Origin: Acanthaster planci
Taxonomy: Eukaryota
Assembly (NCBI RefSeq): GCF_001949145.1
Contig: NW_019091356.1
Coordinates: 4,384,934 to 4,448,933, forward strand
DNA length: 64,000 nucleotides
Direction: 5' to 3'
The translations under genes were made by a program, and so were the position numbers. Under the pieces are notes generated by a model. That model was not told the DNA's origin and made no database searches. It saw only the letters and a list, made by a program, of their open reading frames with translations. Of the stretch, positions 24,482 through 37,328 are shown piece after piece. The stretch's first letter is position 1; each line of letters begins with the position of its first letter.

Positions 24482-27400
24482 TTATGCAACTTCTGTGGGA
24501 TCCAAGCGCAGCAATCGTTGACCCCTGTTGAGATTAGTCAAAGCGTCCATGTCAGCCGACATCAGTGGCTCTAGATGGACCGAGGCCATATTGTCCTCGA
24601 TGTGCTTCGCTGTTCCAGATTTTGGAAGAACTCCTTTGGTAAACACAAATGTGAAAGTTTTGAAAAGATGTTATCAACAGAGGAACTTTCAGGGGTTTAA
24701 ATCGGGGCCCTTGAACCCTGAGGTAAAGGTTTTCTAGAATTTTATCGTTTGATATGTGTACAGATAAATTTGCTGAAAACTTCAGTGTAGTTCGAGGTCT
24801 GCTTTAACATGAAGTTTATCGAAATGAAAAAAGTTGATCAAAAATGAAAACCACTTTACCTCAAAGATACAATATTGGGCCCCTGCTTCAAGGAACAACT
24901 GATGGATCCCAGCAAAATTTTTCTCCACAGTGAAGGTCTGAGATGTTGAGCATATCTTCCTCTGTGAGCCAATTGTCACCATGCTCAAAGATGTCAATAT
25001 TTTCAGCAATGTGATCTGGATTGGTCGATTGTGGGATTACGCCTGTGATATGATTAAGGCAAAATTTTTATCTTGGCATTTCAATCCAATAAGGATTTCT
25101 TTCGCATATTTCAAGAATTCAAAATGACATTTTCATAAAAATCTGAGAGGAATTTAATTAACTTCTGAGATCAATCTGACACACTTGACTGTTTCAAAAG
25201 GCAAAGAGACAAATAGAGACAAACTTCGAATAGCAAGCAGCTGCAAATGATGATCATGTCATGTTGATGTCATGTTGGTGTCATGTTGATGTCATGTTGA
25301 TGTCATGTTGATGCCGTGTTGGTGTCGTATTGGTGTCGTGTTGATGTTATGTTGATGTCATGTTGATGTTATGTTGGTGTCATGTTGATGTCATGTTGGT
25401 GTCATGTTGGTGTCATGTTGGTGTCATGTTGGTGTCATGTTGATGTTATGTTGATGTTATGTTGGTGTCATGTTGATGTTATGTTGGTGTCATGTTGATG
25501 TCATGTTGATGTCGTGTTGGTGTCATGTTGGTGTCATGTTGGTGTCATGTTGATGTTATGTTGATGTTATGTTGATGTCATGTTGATGTTATGTTGATGT
25601 CATGTTGATGTTATGTTGATGTTTGTTGATAAGCAATAATTTATGTAGTAGGTTAATGTGACTGTCTCGTTAGTTTGCAGGAGAGGGACAAAATCTTGTT
25701 CTATTTACAGATTAGTTTAGCGAGCTGTCTGGAAGTCCACCTACCCAGGTCCTGCTGCAATGCCCACTGGAGTAGCACCTGAGCTGGAGTCTTGTTGGTC
25801 CGCTCTGCGATGGTCACTACCACAGGCTCCGATAATAGCTGTCGATTTCAAACAAAAAGAAACGATACATATTAAAGCAATAACTGACTATGGAAACACA
25901 AAGCTGTCCAACTCTTGAGATGACTTGTTTAAATTTCCACTGGTAAAATGATGGAGTTGGATCTGAACTTGTAGCCGTTGGATAACCCTTCATTCCCTGG
26001 CAGTATTTGTCAACAACAAACACGTAGACAGTGTCTACCTACCTTACTCTTTCCAAGTGACCTGTAGGTCTGCAGGTGTACGTTGTTAGCCTGGCACCAT
26101 TGTAGCAGGTCTGTCTGAATGTAAAATGGATGATACTCCACCTGAGGACAAGTTGAAAGATTGAGTGAATGCATACAAATGTGCAATCAAAGAGTGGCTA
26201 AGAAAGCTTGATTTCGATCTCCAAAGTCCATATTTGTATCCCACCAGGTTGGACCTGCAGACTGGATTGCATTGTTTTGCCAGCCGTGGGTCTCCTGTAA
26301 ATGTACTTCAAAATCTCCTCACACTTGTGACTTGTCACAACAAAATGAGAGTAAAGTTTTGCTATTTCCTATTTTGCGAGTTTAAAGTCATCTTGAAGTG
26401 GATGTCAATTTGGGGTTTTGTAATATTTGGAAGGAGTAACTCTTGTCCTATTTAATTCCAAATATTTCGCAGGATCATACATTTAAAAATGTCATTTCTC
26501 AGCAATTTTGATGACAGCATTATTCGTGCCTGGTCTGAAATATTGAAACGATGACGGGAAGAGACACAAAGCTGCCAGAATAATGTCACATTGCCACCGT
26601 ATACTTTTACCCTAAGTGTTCGATGTACATACCACTGGAAACTCTGTTTTTGCTGAATTCAAATATACCATATCTCAATACCTGAGCATTCCTACTTTCA
26701 GCTCATTTTGTGGTGACAGGTCACAGTTAATCAACTCCAAAGGTTGAAATCACAAGGATGATACACAGACATCTTCTTTCTTTATCTCTACTGTTATCAT
26801 GGTTTGAACTGCCAGTCTTTAACCCATGGTTCCCAGGTGAGGAGTTAGATTACTCTAATGATTATTTCCACTCTGTTCTTCATACTTGCAAGACAGCAGG
26901 TTGTATCGTGGTATAAGACGCCATCTCCTTCAGATGCTTGAGTGTGTAATTGGAGATACCGATATTCCTGACTTTACCTACAACAAACCAACAAACCCAA
27001 CAATATTGGGGGTCATACAATACATTCTTTGAATTCCAGTTTTCAATTTCCATTATTTGTCATCGTTTTGCTAGAAATTATATACCTTCTTTGTACAGTT
27101 TTTCCAGAGCTGTCCACGAGTCTTTGCGGAAGCCAGCGTGTCTTGGGTCATCTGATTTGATCTTGGATTTGGCTGGCCAGTGGATGATGTAAAGATCCAA
27201 GTAATCTGTCTGCAGCTTCTCCAAGGATGCCAGACACGCTGAGTAAGCCTCCTCTAAACCATGGTCTTTGGTGTCTGAACATAAAAGGAAGAAGCTGAAG
27301 TTAGGGGATGGTCAAGCAGTCAAGGACTGAGGAACATAATTTCAACTTAATGATATTTTAGGGGTATTAAACTTTTATTTATAACACATTCTAAAACTCC

Positions 27401-29604
27401 ATGCAGTAACAGTCATCAAACCCAAAGAACTGACAAGATTACTACTGACAGGCTGAAGATTTCATGACAAGAGGTCCGATGTCTTTAAAGGGCATATTGC
27501 CTGATTTCATCTTTATACATGTAGGTTGGCGTGATACAAAAATCCACTTGTACTATTGAGGCTTATTTTGGTGTTGCTCGTTTGTGGTCACTATATATCA
27601 GAACATTTTAATGACTAAAATTATAATACTTCCTCCAGATTTGAATTTGGTTGGGACACACTTATGACTTCTGAATGTTGCCAATGCTTTGACCTTTGAC
27701 CTCTCACCAAGTTTGGTCTCCAGGAACAAGTCGTCTCGGCTCAAGCCATGTTTAGGTAAAAGCTCCCTCAAGCAATCCCCAATGTCCTTCTCATTCTTGT
27801 AGACGGCTGCGGTGTCTGAGGGGAAGAAAGAACCGAGTTTTCTGTGGTCTTTTGCCTAGCACAAACACGACTAGTGGCACACTGAGGGAAGGCCTCAGGG
27901 GGCTTGTATGATCCCCCAAAGAGATCTTCAATTTTTGTTGTTGATAAATGGAGGCAAAATACACACCTACATCTTAAACCACAAGCTATGATATAGCCGT
28001 ACATCCTAGTAAAGTCCCCTGAGGCATAACGGAAGGGGGGAAGGGAGGGGACATGAGTATCGACAAGCACCAGTGAACACAACCATGACACTGGACATTT
28101 CTAACCTCTGTGAAACAAAAAGTCACACTCTTTGGATCTGCGTATGATGAGAAATTTTACTTCCAAAACTTGAAACTTTTACAATCCTTACACTTACAGA
28201 AGTAGAGAAGGGTCTGGATTGACTGCTCATTAGAAACTGACAGATATTTAGCTGCACCAAATGATTTTGTTCTCCTGCTTTAACCGTCTCAATACAGCTT
28301 CAACGGAGAGTGGTGCCCTGGCGTCTCTTCTTTAGTGCCTCATGAGACGAGGAGGATGTAATCTCGGTTAAAGCTTGACAATGAAGTTCAGATATGTCGT
28401 TTAATCTGCCCAAAAGTCATGCAAGTAGGGACACACTTTTTTAACCAAATTCAATGTAGTAAATCAGAAGGTTTGTCACCAAATTTAATGTTTAACATCA
28501 TGAACTGAACTTTTAATTCTCTCACCTATTAATCTATAGCCTGACTTGAGTGCAGCATCGAGGGCGTTGTACAAAACATCATGGCCAACCAATCCGTAAG
28601 TTCCTACTTTAAGTATACATGTTCAATACAAACATAACAAATTAGGTGATTTTAATTTCTGCACTTCTTTAAAAAGGCTCCATCATAAAATGAAAAAAAA
28701 ATTGGTTTTTATTCAGAACTGTTGGGCATGTCGGGGGAGAGGCCACCATGAATTTTACTTTCAAGCAATCCCCTACATTATATATCATGCATATTATGCC
28801 CAGCTGTTCACAACAGATCTTAGTTATATGATGACAATGGACTGATGTTATTCATCGGCAAAACCTGCAACAAACATCATTATTCCCCCCCCCACAAAAA
28901 CAAAACTCATGATCCTGCTGATATGAACGTCATATTTGTTGGCCCAGTTGCAATGGTTAGGGCATGATAAGACCTAGGCTTACCGACATAACATAAGCGT
29001 TACTGCTAGTGCTAGTAATCAAGCACTGCTAATTTGGCACAACTGTGGAAAGGCATTGTGGGAAGGGAAATTATTCCTTCCCATGATGCTTAATTATGCA
29101 AAATCTCTCTTGCAGTATTTCACCGTTAACGTTAGCGATAAGGCTGTGATGATCGAATTAGCGAGACAGGCCTCACCAACACCATGGAGGATTCCTCCAT
29201 GCCTAGACCCGTAAACAGGGCCCTAACTTCCGTTATACCATGGAGGAAGGACCTTCCTCCAGCTCCATGGTTATACACTGATAGATCGACAAAGGAACCC
29301 TGTTTACGGGTCTAGGCCTGATCATGTAGGCCTAGTATACCATAATTACGAGGCATAGGCCCCTATTATTATGCGAACCGCGGCGGTACGGTATGTTAAG
29401 GCATGGTTGAGGTTAGCCCCACTAGTGTTGCACGGATCACTCCCGATTTATTACGGATAAATTGGGAGTGATCCGTGCCACACTAGTAGTGGGGCTAGGT
29501 TGAGGTAAACTTAAAAGAATTTTAAAAACCAAACTAGACCTAGGCCTATACTCACAGCCAAACAGTGGCATCTTTATTCCAGTGTTGAGCTCTGTAAACT
29601 TCAT
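24482..29604 (-). CDS. Aldo-keto reductase (AKR superfamily, AKR5/glyoxal-reductase-like), 8 exons, 287 aa
   Basis: Exons 29556-29604, 28526-28606, 27708-27815, 27086-27274, 26886-26977, 26043-26141, 25745-25838, 24482-24633 total 864 nt in one open frame. Motifs: LNTGIKMPLFGLGT, GYRLIDTAAVYKNE, LFLETKL, LQTDYLDLYIIHWP, GKVRNIGISNY, PAVLQVEYHP, KTPAQVLLQWALQ, VLPKS. Catalytic D/Y/K/H tetrad is present. The ORF track misses this gene. Confidence 0.93.
25255..25630 (+). repeat. 11-bp minisatellite (GTCATGTTGAT/GTCATGTTGGT)n
   Basis: About 33 tandem copies in the last AKR intron. Confidence 0.95.
29201..29317. mobile_element. Small TIR element carrying a nested 31-bp palindromic insertion
   Basis: Perfect 20-bp IR GCCTAGACCCGTAAACAGGG / CCCTGTTTACGGGTCTAGGC. 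Nested CATGGAG...CTCCATG (29239-29269) flanked by GTTATAC direct repeats. Confidence 0.65.
29414..29497. mobile_element. 84-bp palindromic element with 9-bp TSD (GGTTGAGGT)
   Basis: TAGCCCCACTAGTGTTGCACGGATCACTCCC...GGGAGTGATCCGTGCCACACTAGTAGTGGGGCTA. GGTTGAGGT at 29405-29413 and 29498-29506. Confidence 0.75.
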
Positions 29605-30805
29605 GGTGAACACGATTGTTTTCGTTGGGTATTCAGGCCAGAAATCTCAATATATTCATAAATATAGGCCCTATTAACTATTATCATCATCACTTCACGC
29701 TGTTCGTGCTTGTCTAGCTGACCGATATTTCACGCGCGCTTACGGCGCCTCCATACAACGCATGGATTCTACACCTGGTATATGTAGGCCAGAACGCATT
29801 CACGAGGAGAGTAAAATACGGAGCCACAGAACGGCCGTTATTCACACATTATCTGCCCATCCACTTTCAAAAAAAAAAGGAAAATAAAACGCAAACACAA
29901 GGAAAATCACCTTTTAATTTTCTGCATACATGACTCAATATCTTATTATAAATTAGACACACCATCGCTAATAAAATCTTCCGTTGTAAACTTGCAAAAC
30001 AAACCTATATTTTACAGGTACAATAAAGAAATCGCTCTCAATAGAACACCCGTCAACAAACACACATAGCATAAAGCATAGAAATATGCGATCATTTGAG
30101 CTTTAACAGAAAATCTCTTACAATACATGCATCTTGCTGCTTTTTGTCCCAGCAATCATGAACTGGATTTGGCCAACCCAAACCTTCAGATCACTGTAAT
30201 CTGCCCCTCCAAATATTGTGGAGAAAATTACACCCGTTGAAAAAAGTAGTCACAAAAAAGGTTGCTACAGTAACTGACTTCAAACTAAAGTAAAAGAAAT
30301 CTAGATGTTCTAGAAATCTATTCATCATAAATGTTTAAAATCCTGGTAACGTGAAAAAGGAAGGAAAACTGCTGTAGTCAGGGTGAATGATCTTCAAATA
30401 TTTAAGGAACAATTTGATGTTATTACATGTTTTATACTGCCACTTCATTCCTCGCTTAGTAATTTTCTATATTCCCAATCGTAATTATAAAATATAATTT
30501 TACATGAAAATAAAAACACTCCAAAACTGATGAGCGTGCCATGAAGACCTCAGCTTTGTCTCTGATATTAGTGTTACATCTAATCGATTTCTTGATGTTT
30601 GTTTCTCTGTTAACTAGTTTTATTCTGTCCAGTGGACACATCACAACTTTCCAGGGGCTGTGATGACACCCATGGCACAGTGGAAGCCAAAGTTTGGACA
30701 ATGGCTCAAGACTCTAATTGATATCTACAAAGTATTTGTTTCAAATCTTTATCTGCCTTATTTCATTCCTTCATCAAAACGGGAACAGTATGACACTTTC
30801 TCTTT

Positions 30806-33800
30806 TTATTTCTGCTGAATGATCCTCTTTCTCAGGGCAACGACATCAGCCATCAGGTTGCGACTCAGAATCTTACTGCAACTAATCAGTCCAGAGAAGG
30901 CTGCACCTACAAAGCCACAGGTCATCACGTCTTGGCCTGGACACAAAAGATGAAAACCCAAACAAGTTATCAAAGTGATGAACATGGGGTCCATTGTGCT
31001 ACTGTAAATTTGACACAGAGATAAAAAGAACAAGTGGTATGTTTAAACCAGCCCAAAATGGTCCTTTTGAGCAATTAATAACCCGAGCACAGCAAGCACT
31101 AAGGTTCCAACACACCCTCTGCAGAAACAAGGCAAAAGTACATGATGACACCAGATACCAAACAAATAATCTAGCAAGTTGCATGTTATAATGGCCATGA
31201 GCAAAATAATAATTTCTAAACAAAGAAACAGTTCTGATTTCTGAGCTTCAGGAGCCTCTGGGCTTCCTGTTTTGTCTCACCGGTCAGATAGAGATTAGGA
31301 ATGTCAGTCTCTGGACGCAATGTGTGCCAAGTCTGGGTGCTGAAGCGTTCCTTGTTGTGGTCCAAGCCGTAAATTTCTCCCTTCATGGCTTCGATGTAGT
31401 ATTTGTTGGTGACTGGACTACCGACACTGAAGTAATCAACCTGTTTGGTGGGAAACATTTTTACTTCAGCCAATCAAGATTTTTCCTTGTGATATAAACC
31501 CAATATTGCATTGCATCCTCTGTGCTGCACATATGGTTGAAACCTTGAACTTCCTGCTGACAGTACTTTGTGAGTACTGGGCAGTATTGGAATACTTTGG
31601 GCAGAGATTGGAACAACCAAACTTCAGCTCACAAAGCAGCCTTCTGACAGTCTGAGCTATGCAAACCGATCAGCCAGGGGGGTCTTTGAGATGCTTTAGT
31701 ATAGAATAGAGGGCTTGCATGGCTGCCATCTTACAGGCCAGTGCTTTGTTCCACAGGGTAGGCACAAAGGAAGTTTCCCTATGGATCAAAAGGAACTGCC
31801 CTGCAAGATGGCTACCACAAAAAGCTTCTATAAAGCTCTTTACAGACCTTACTGATAATGCTCAATGGAGAGTGCAATGGGTGCACTGAACAGCACTAGT
31901 AAATTATTTCACAACTGACCATATTTTGTCAGGTAAATCACTCCAGGTTGAAAGAATTCAGTTATCTGACCCATAACAGGACTCTGATTAGGGTTAGTAA
32001 ACTGTTGAGTAGACATGTAAGACAGCACTTGAGTGTGACACTAATTGTAGTGTCCTTGAAATTGTCACTGTCATAGTTGTCATCACTGTCATTAATGTCA
32101 CACCGTAGGTGAGTCAGATGTCAGACTGACCTTGTCTCTCAGCTGTGGATAGAGATTGAGGCATTGTTCCCACATCTTTTCGCCGATGGCGTCTTTGATC
32201 CTATCGTATTCCTCACCACGCTTGCCCGTTCTGCCATTTTCCCACTTGGAGAACCATTCCCAGTTGGCCAGGGTCACCATGGTACATGTGGACTTGCCTG
32301 GATGGGAATAAAGCCCCCACCAAAAAGGGAAACATTTGTGAAAAGGTGTACAACATTTGGCTGCTTGGAAAACCATATTTCATATGAAACATATTTCATC
32401 GGAAGTCACTACAAACCAGGTCTACAGGAAATCCATTTCTGTTTGACAAAAATAAAATGAACAGAAACAGGATTTGAACCAGGGACGTCTCGAATAACAT
32501 ACAGAGGCAACATCAACTCAGCCATTCATTCTGTAAGTGTCCTCAGTAAATGTCTTTGTTCAGGGATATCTCTTAGAAGCTAGTTAAATAGGAATCAGAA
32601 TTGCCATAGCAACACCAGAGGTTACAGTTGAGAGTCCAGTCAAAGAAAATTTCTGTCAACCATAACTGATCAAAAGAAAACCATGTTATAAATACTCCCA
32701 TTTGTCTGACACATTCTCACTTTATTTGACATCAGAACATTGACGAACCTGATCAAGTTTGTAAAGCGAAAATGCACACATCACAAGTTTTGACAGACCT
32801 GGGTAACGCTCAGGCCAGCTTGGGTCCTTAGCTGATGGAAAGGTGATGAAGAGTAGTGGGATATCGTCCTTGCCTGACTCCTCAGCACTTCGGTTCATGT
32901 ACTCCTCCATATTCTTGTCATGATCACTGCCTGTGAAGGCCCAGACTTGACCCGCTGGTAGTCCAAGCTCTTCCTTGGTTCCCTTCAGGCCCACAAAGAC
33001 CGACATGGCACCCACGCCATGCTGGACACCAGTGTGACGCTTCTCAATGGCTGCAAGAAAGGTAACAATTGTTCAGATGAAATTATCAGCTGTTCCATCC
33101 CGTCCCTGAACTGTGTCCCATTGATGATTCAATTAAGATTTACTCCCCTGAGCAATCCTCCAAAATTCTTTACACTGCAGGAAAATGACACCACATTTCT
33201 TGTACTTAAACAATATCACAGGGCAAAGGCCCATGAAAAACAGAGTAAGGTCTCTACCTTCCTTAATCCTACGACATCTAATAAATCCTCAAGAACATCC
33301 AATGGATTTAAAAGATCTGGGAAAAAATAAGGTTCACATTGAAAGCAAAGCTTCACAGAAAACAAAAATTGATAACATTAAGACTCCATGCCTAATCTCA
33401 CACAATCTGCGTATTTACCACAAGATATGTTTACTTTATTGTGCATGGGATTCAAGTACCCACGTTTTTGAACAACAGGATTCGTAGGGGGTAGCAGCCT
33501 CTGGAAGGTATTGTACACCCCAGCAGCTGATATAATCATCGGAGCATGGATGTCAATGTCACCAGAGGTCTTCTTGACTCTTACACCTGGTGACAAAAAA
33601 TAACAACACTCTATCAATTTTCGAATTTTTTGGCTTTCCAAAAAAAAACAAGTTCAGCCCCCTGAAAATTGGCTTTAGATCTGCCCTTTAACACAAAACA
33701 CAATGCTAGATTCAGGTTGCTTGATGAAACATTGAACTGTAATGGGTATGCATCTCATCCACCACCCCAAAAGAAGGAACTATTCCCTGGACACTTGCAA

Positions 33801-36027
33801 CTCACCGCAGGCTTTGCCCTTGCTATCCAGCAAGATCTGTGTCACTGGTGCACGGACCAGTACCTTGCCTCCAGAGCGTTCGATGGTTGGAATGATATGA
33901 TAGGCGATTTCACTGGCGCCCCCTACGGGGAAAAAGGTGCCTTTCATGAAGTGGTTAACCAGCAAACAGTGCATAACAAAACTGCTCTTGGATGGCGGTG
34001 TACCTGCGGTAGAGTAAAGATAAAGTCCTTTCAGATAATCAGTTTCAAGACCATTTCATCAATACGACCAGGAGCTCGCAAATCAAGGGTAAAAGCATTT
34101 GACCTCATTGTGAAGATTATGAAGATCACAAAAGCATGGATTGATTTTGCTTGAGTCATGTTGACACAACTCTTTGATGAATCAGAATTTTACAATTCGG
34201 AACAGAATTAGATGTATTTGACAAGTGACTGACTTTTTGCCAAATCTCACCATAGTCTCCAAAATTATATGACAGAACTGCCTTGAGGTCTTCGTTGTCA
34301 GTAAGATCATCCAGGACCTCTTTCAAAGAACGATGAGCATAGGAGTAGAACGAAGAAATGAAGTTGATGATGCCGTATTGAATCAGGAAGTTACAAACAT
34401 TCCTAGGGATCAGCTTCATAGCACCTGCTATCAAAGACTGACGCTTCACGGTCTGAAATTAGTAAAAAAAAAAGGATTTTGATAATAAACGACTCTTTTG
34501 TTGTTATAAGCTTTGAGGCAAACTACACAATGACCTTTCCAGTAACATGGCAGAAATCAATTACATATGCTCTAAGTTATTTATCATTTACATTTAATAA
34601 AGTCTTTGCATATTTTCTTACAATGCAACAATGTGGTCCAGTGAAATACAATATTACAATAACCAAGGTAAACAAGGAATTCCTTCAAGATGTATAAAAA
34701 AGACATAGTTCATTAATGATTGGCCTACCATTTATTGTATACAGCCACTTTGTAATTATGACAAATGAAACTGCATAAGAAATATAAAAAAATTAAACCA
34801 CAAGAACATATTGCTAAGTTTGACCCCCCAAAATGACTGGATGTAGCTCCGTTTGATACAGTGTTTGGGAATTTCTTCGGCCTACTCGCAATAACTTCAT
34901 GAATTTGTTGATAGCCTTCTCCTCTCCTGGGAAACTCTCCAGCAGGGCCCGGCGGTACTGGTCCTTGGGTCCCGCCTTGATTGGATATTGCCTTTGCTTG
35001 CCCTCCTGACCTATGACCACAGTGTCAAAGGTCTCATCCAGGGGGTACCACTGTAGCTGACCGTCAGTGAGCTGGTCAATGAAGACTTTGGAGATGGTGT
35101 TGTTGGTCATCTCACCAATGTAGTGAATACCTCAATATGAAATTAAAATAAACTCATGTTCAAACTTCAAACTTCAGGTGGTAGGGTAGAGAGATGCTCG
35201 TAGGAACTAGGCCATATTGTATCAGGTGAATACAAGCATCATCGGGCATCCACATTAGTACTGCCTGGTTCATCAGATTAGATTTAATATCAAATTTCCA
35301 ATCGCAGCATTAAAAATTTGCCAAGGTTAAAAAGCTGTTGATTCATCTGATGGGTCTGTTCGTGGCTATCTTACCGACATCAAACTCATAGCCCTTCTCT
35401 CTGAAGATGTGACAGCAACCTCCAGCCTGGTCATGTTGCTCTAGGACAAGGACCTTCTTTCCGATGCGGGACAGGACAGAGGCTGTGGTCAGTCCACCCA
35501 TCCCGCTGCCAATCACAATAGCATCCAGACCCTCCGGAATCTTCTGAGCAGTGAATCCTAGGATATGTGATGGTTTTTTTGTTTTCTTCAAACTTACATA
35601 CAGGTATAAGGGGAAAAATCTGTGGACTAGGAAGTTTGTCAAAATGATTTCAAGAACGATAGTGGGGCCCTTTTTTAAAAACACTGAGCAAACCAGCTCA
35701 TTTCAAGACAACTCTCAACAAAAAAAGGAAATGTATCAAAGAACTCCACAGCAGAGAGTACATGTATTTTGCTGCCTGTTTTTTTCTGTATGTGTATTCT
35801 CACAACTCACCCTGCTTGAGTACTTTATCTTTAACTGCATGGTCAGTCTCTAACGGCTGTGGAGGTCGTCTGGTGTCCTTGGCAAATGGGTTGGGAGAAT
35901 TTGAGGTGATCATCAATTTGTTGAGGATCTTGTTGAGTAGGTAGATGAAAGTTAAAGTGAGACAGACCAGGCCAACCAAGGTGGAGTTGGCTGATATAAA
36001 ACTGATTACACTCTCCAGAAGAACCAT
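30806..36027 (-). CDS. RETSAT: All-trans-retinol 13,14-reductase (retinol saturase), 10 coding exons, 625 aa
   Basis: Exons 35811-36027, 35375-35557, 34886-35130, 34251-34452, 33806-34003, 33464-33586, 32799-33050, 32131-32297, 31281-31440, 30806-30936 (1878 nt, in frame). N-terminal hydrophobic anchor; RRPPQPLETDHAVKDKVLKQGF; FAD motif DAIVIGSGMGG; LEQHDQAGGCCH; FDVGIHYIG; GGASEIAYHII; FPSAKDP; GEIYGLDH; LRPETDIPNLYLTGQD...CGFVGA. Confidence 0.93.
31706..31831. mobile_element. Degenerate MITE with GCCATCTT/AAGATGGC-containing TIRs
   Basis: ATAGAGGGCTTGCATGGCTGCCATCTTACAGG versus CCTGCAAGATGGCTACCACAAAAAGCTTCTAT. Confidence 0.45.
32465..32526 (-). mobile_element. tRNA-derived SINE remnant
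   Basis: The minus strand reads GGCTGAGTTGATG...CCCTGGTTCAAATCCTG (box A/box B-like). Confidence 0.35.
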
Positions 36028-37079
36028 GATGGAAGCTCAATGGACGCAGGTCTGTAAAAAGCTTCAAATAAAAATGACAAAGAAGAAGTACTAAATTCAC
36101 ACAATAATGTTATCTGTACTTCTCGGTACATTTGGAATTAAACATTGCATTTAAAAGCCTGGAAATGTGAGATCCAAAGGCAGATGTAGTGACACAATTA
36201 ATGAGGTCAAAAAATTCCATTGTCTCTGCAACATCGGCACTGACATAATTAATATTTCATTCCTCAAATATAAACAAAATGTCTTTACTGTCACAATGTT
36301 TCATCCAGGCCTAACAAGGACATCTACTCAGCAAAGTTCACCTCTTGAGGGCAATGTTTTTTAACAGACTGATGGAAACTTTGACATTGGACAATATTCC
36401 CGGAGAAACAAGGACTCAAGCAATACCGAACTATGCCTCTTTCATAACCAAACAATTCAACGCTATTCATGATCTGCTGATTGTACTTTTTACAGCCCTT
36501 ACACCAACTAAAAACAAGAAGAAGCAAGTCCTAAAAGCAACATGTACACGTAACTAACCTGCAGTCAGTAGACAACGATGGTGGTCTTAAATGAATAATG
36601 ATAACAGGTGTGTGCGCACCTAAACCTAAAGCTTGTCTGTTGGTGTTAGGTCCTGAATTTGCCCACCATGATAGGCTCAGGCTACCCTGACGATTGGCAA
36701 CTCTACCTGCTGTTTTGTACACCCTTCAATGCGTGTTAACCTTCTTCTTATATAAATCACGAGCTCAGTTAGTTCAACATAAGCCTAAGGGGACATCTGT
36801 CCTCTTACCTTTCACCAAAATCAAAAATGAAGCTAACGTCTACTTCAGATAACAAATTACAGTACTACTGATTGGTAAAGATCGTTGACTGGCTGATCAT
36901 AGAGTCAGGCCACAGGCCTAGTCAGACCACTGGGCCGGCCACACGGCCAACGCATGGTCACTGTATCGCGTGCGGTACGGGTCACGCGGCGAAGGATAAT
37001 TAATTGCTGAGAACTGCGCATGTACATGTACATGTACAGTACAGCACGCTAGCAGTAGACGATGCACAGCGAATTCCGA

Positions 37080-37328
37080 GGCCGTTTTCCAATACTCAAT
37101 TCGGCTCCGTTCAGGCATGGAGGTAGAATCACATGTGATTCTACCTCCGTGGTTCAGGCTTCAACTATTTTTTTACTAGCTGACTTTGAAGCTGTAATCA
37201 GTCCAATAGCGCCAGTGCCAAAAATTACAGTAATCCAATATAATTTAAACGCTTCAGGCACACAATTGGGGATTGGTTTTGGGAATGAAGCCTGAGACGG
37301 AGACGAAGTTGAGTATTGGAAAACGGCC
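37080..37328. mobile_element. MITE with perfect 20-bp TIR, upstream of RETSAT, with a nested 36-bp palindrome
   Basis: GGCCGTTTTCCAATACTCAA / TTGAGTATTGGAAAACGGCC. Nested palindrome at 37116-37151 flanked by GTTCAGG repeats. Confidence 0.75.

Noticed and set aside
25255..25630. Regular repeat array resembling a CRISPR locus
   Set aside because: Contiguous 11-bp units with no unique spacers and no cas genes, in a eukaryotic intron: a minisatellite.
33669..34154. 161-aa plus-strand ORF, and similar antisense ORFs over RETSAT, TRPC and POLR1B exons
   Set aside because: These are shadow ORFs on the strand opposite real exons.
24482..36027. AKR + RETSAT (+ TRPC) as a retinoid or phototransduction functional cluster
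   Set aside because: Adjacency on the same strand is not evidence of shared function in animals. The AKR is not clearly a retinaldehyde reductase and no synteny data are available.
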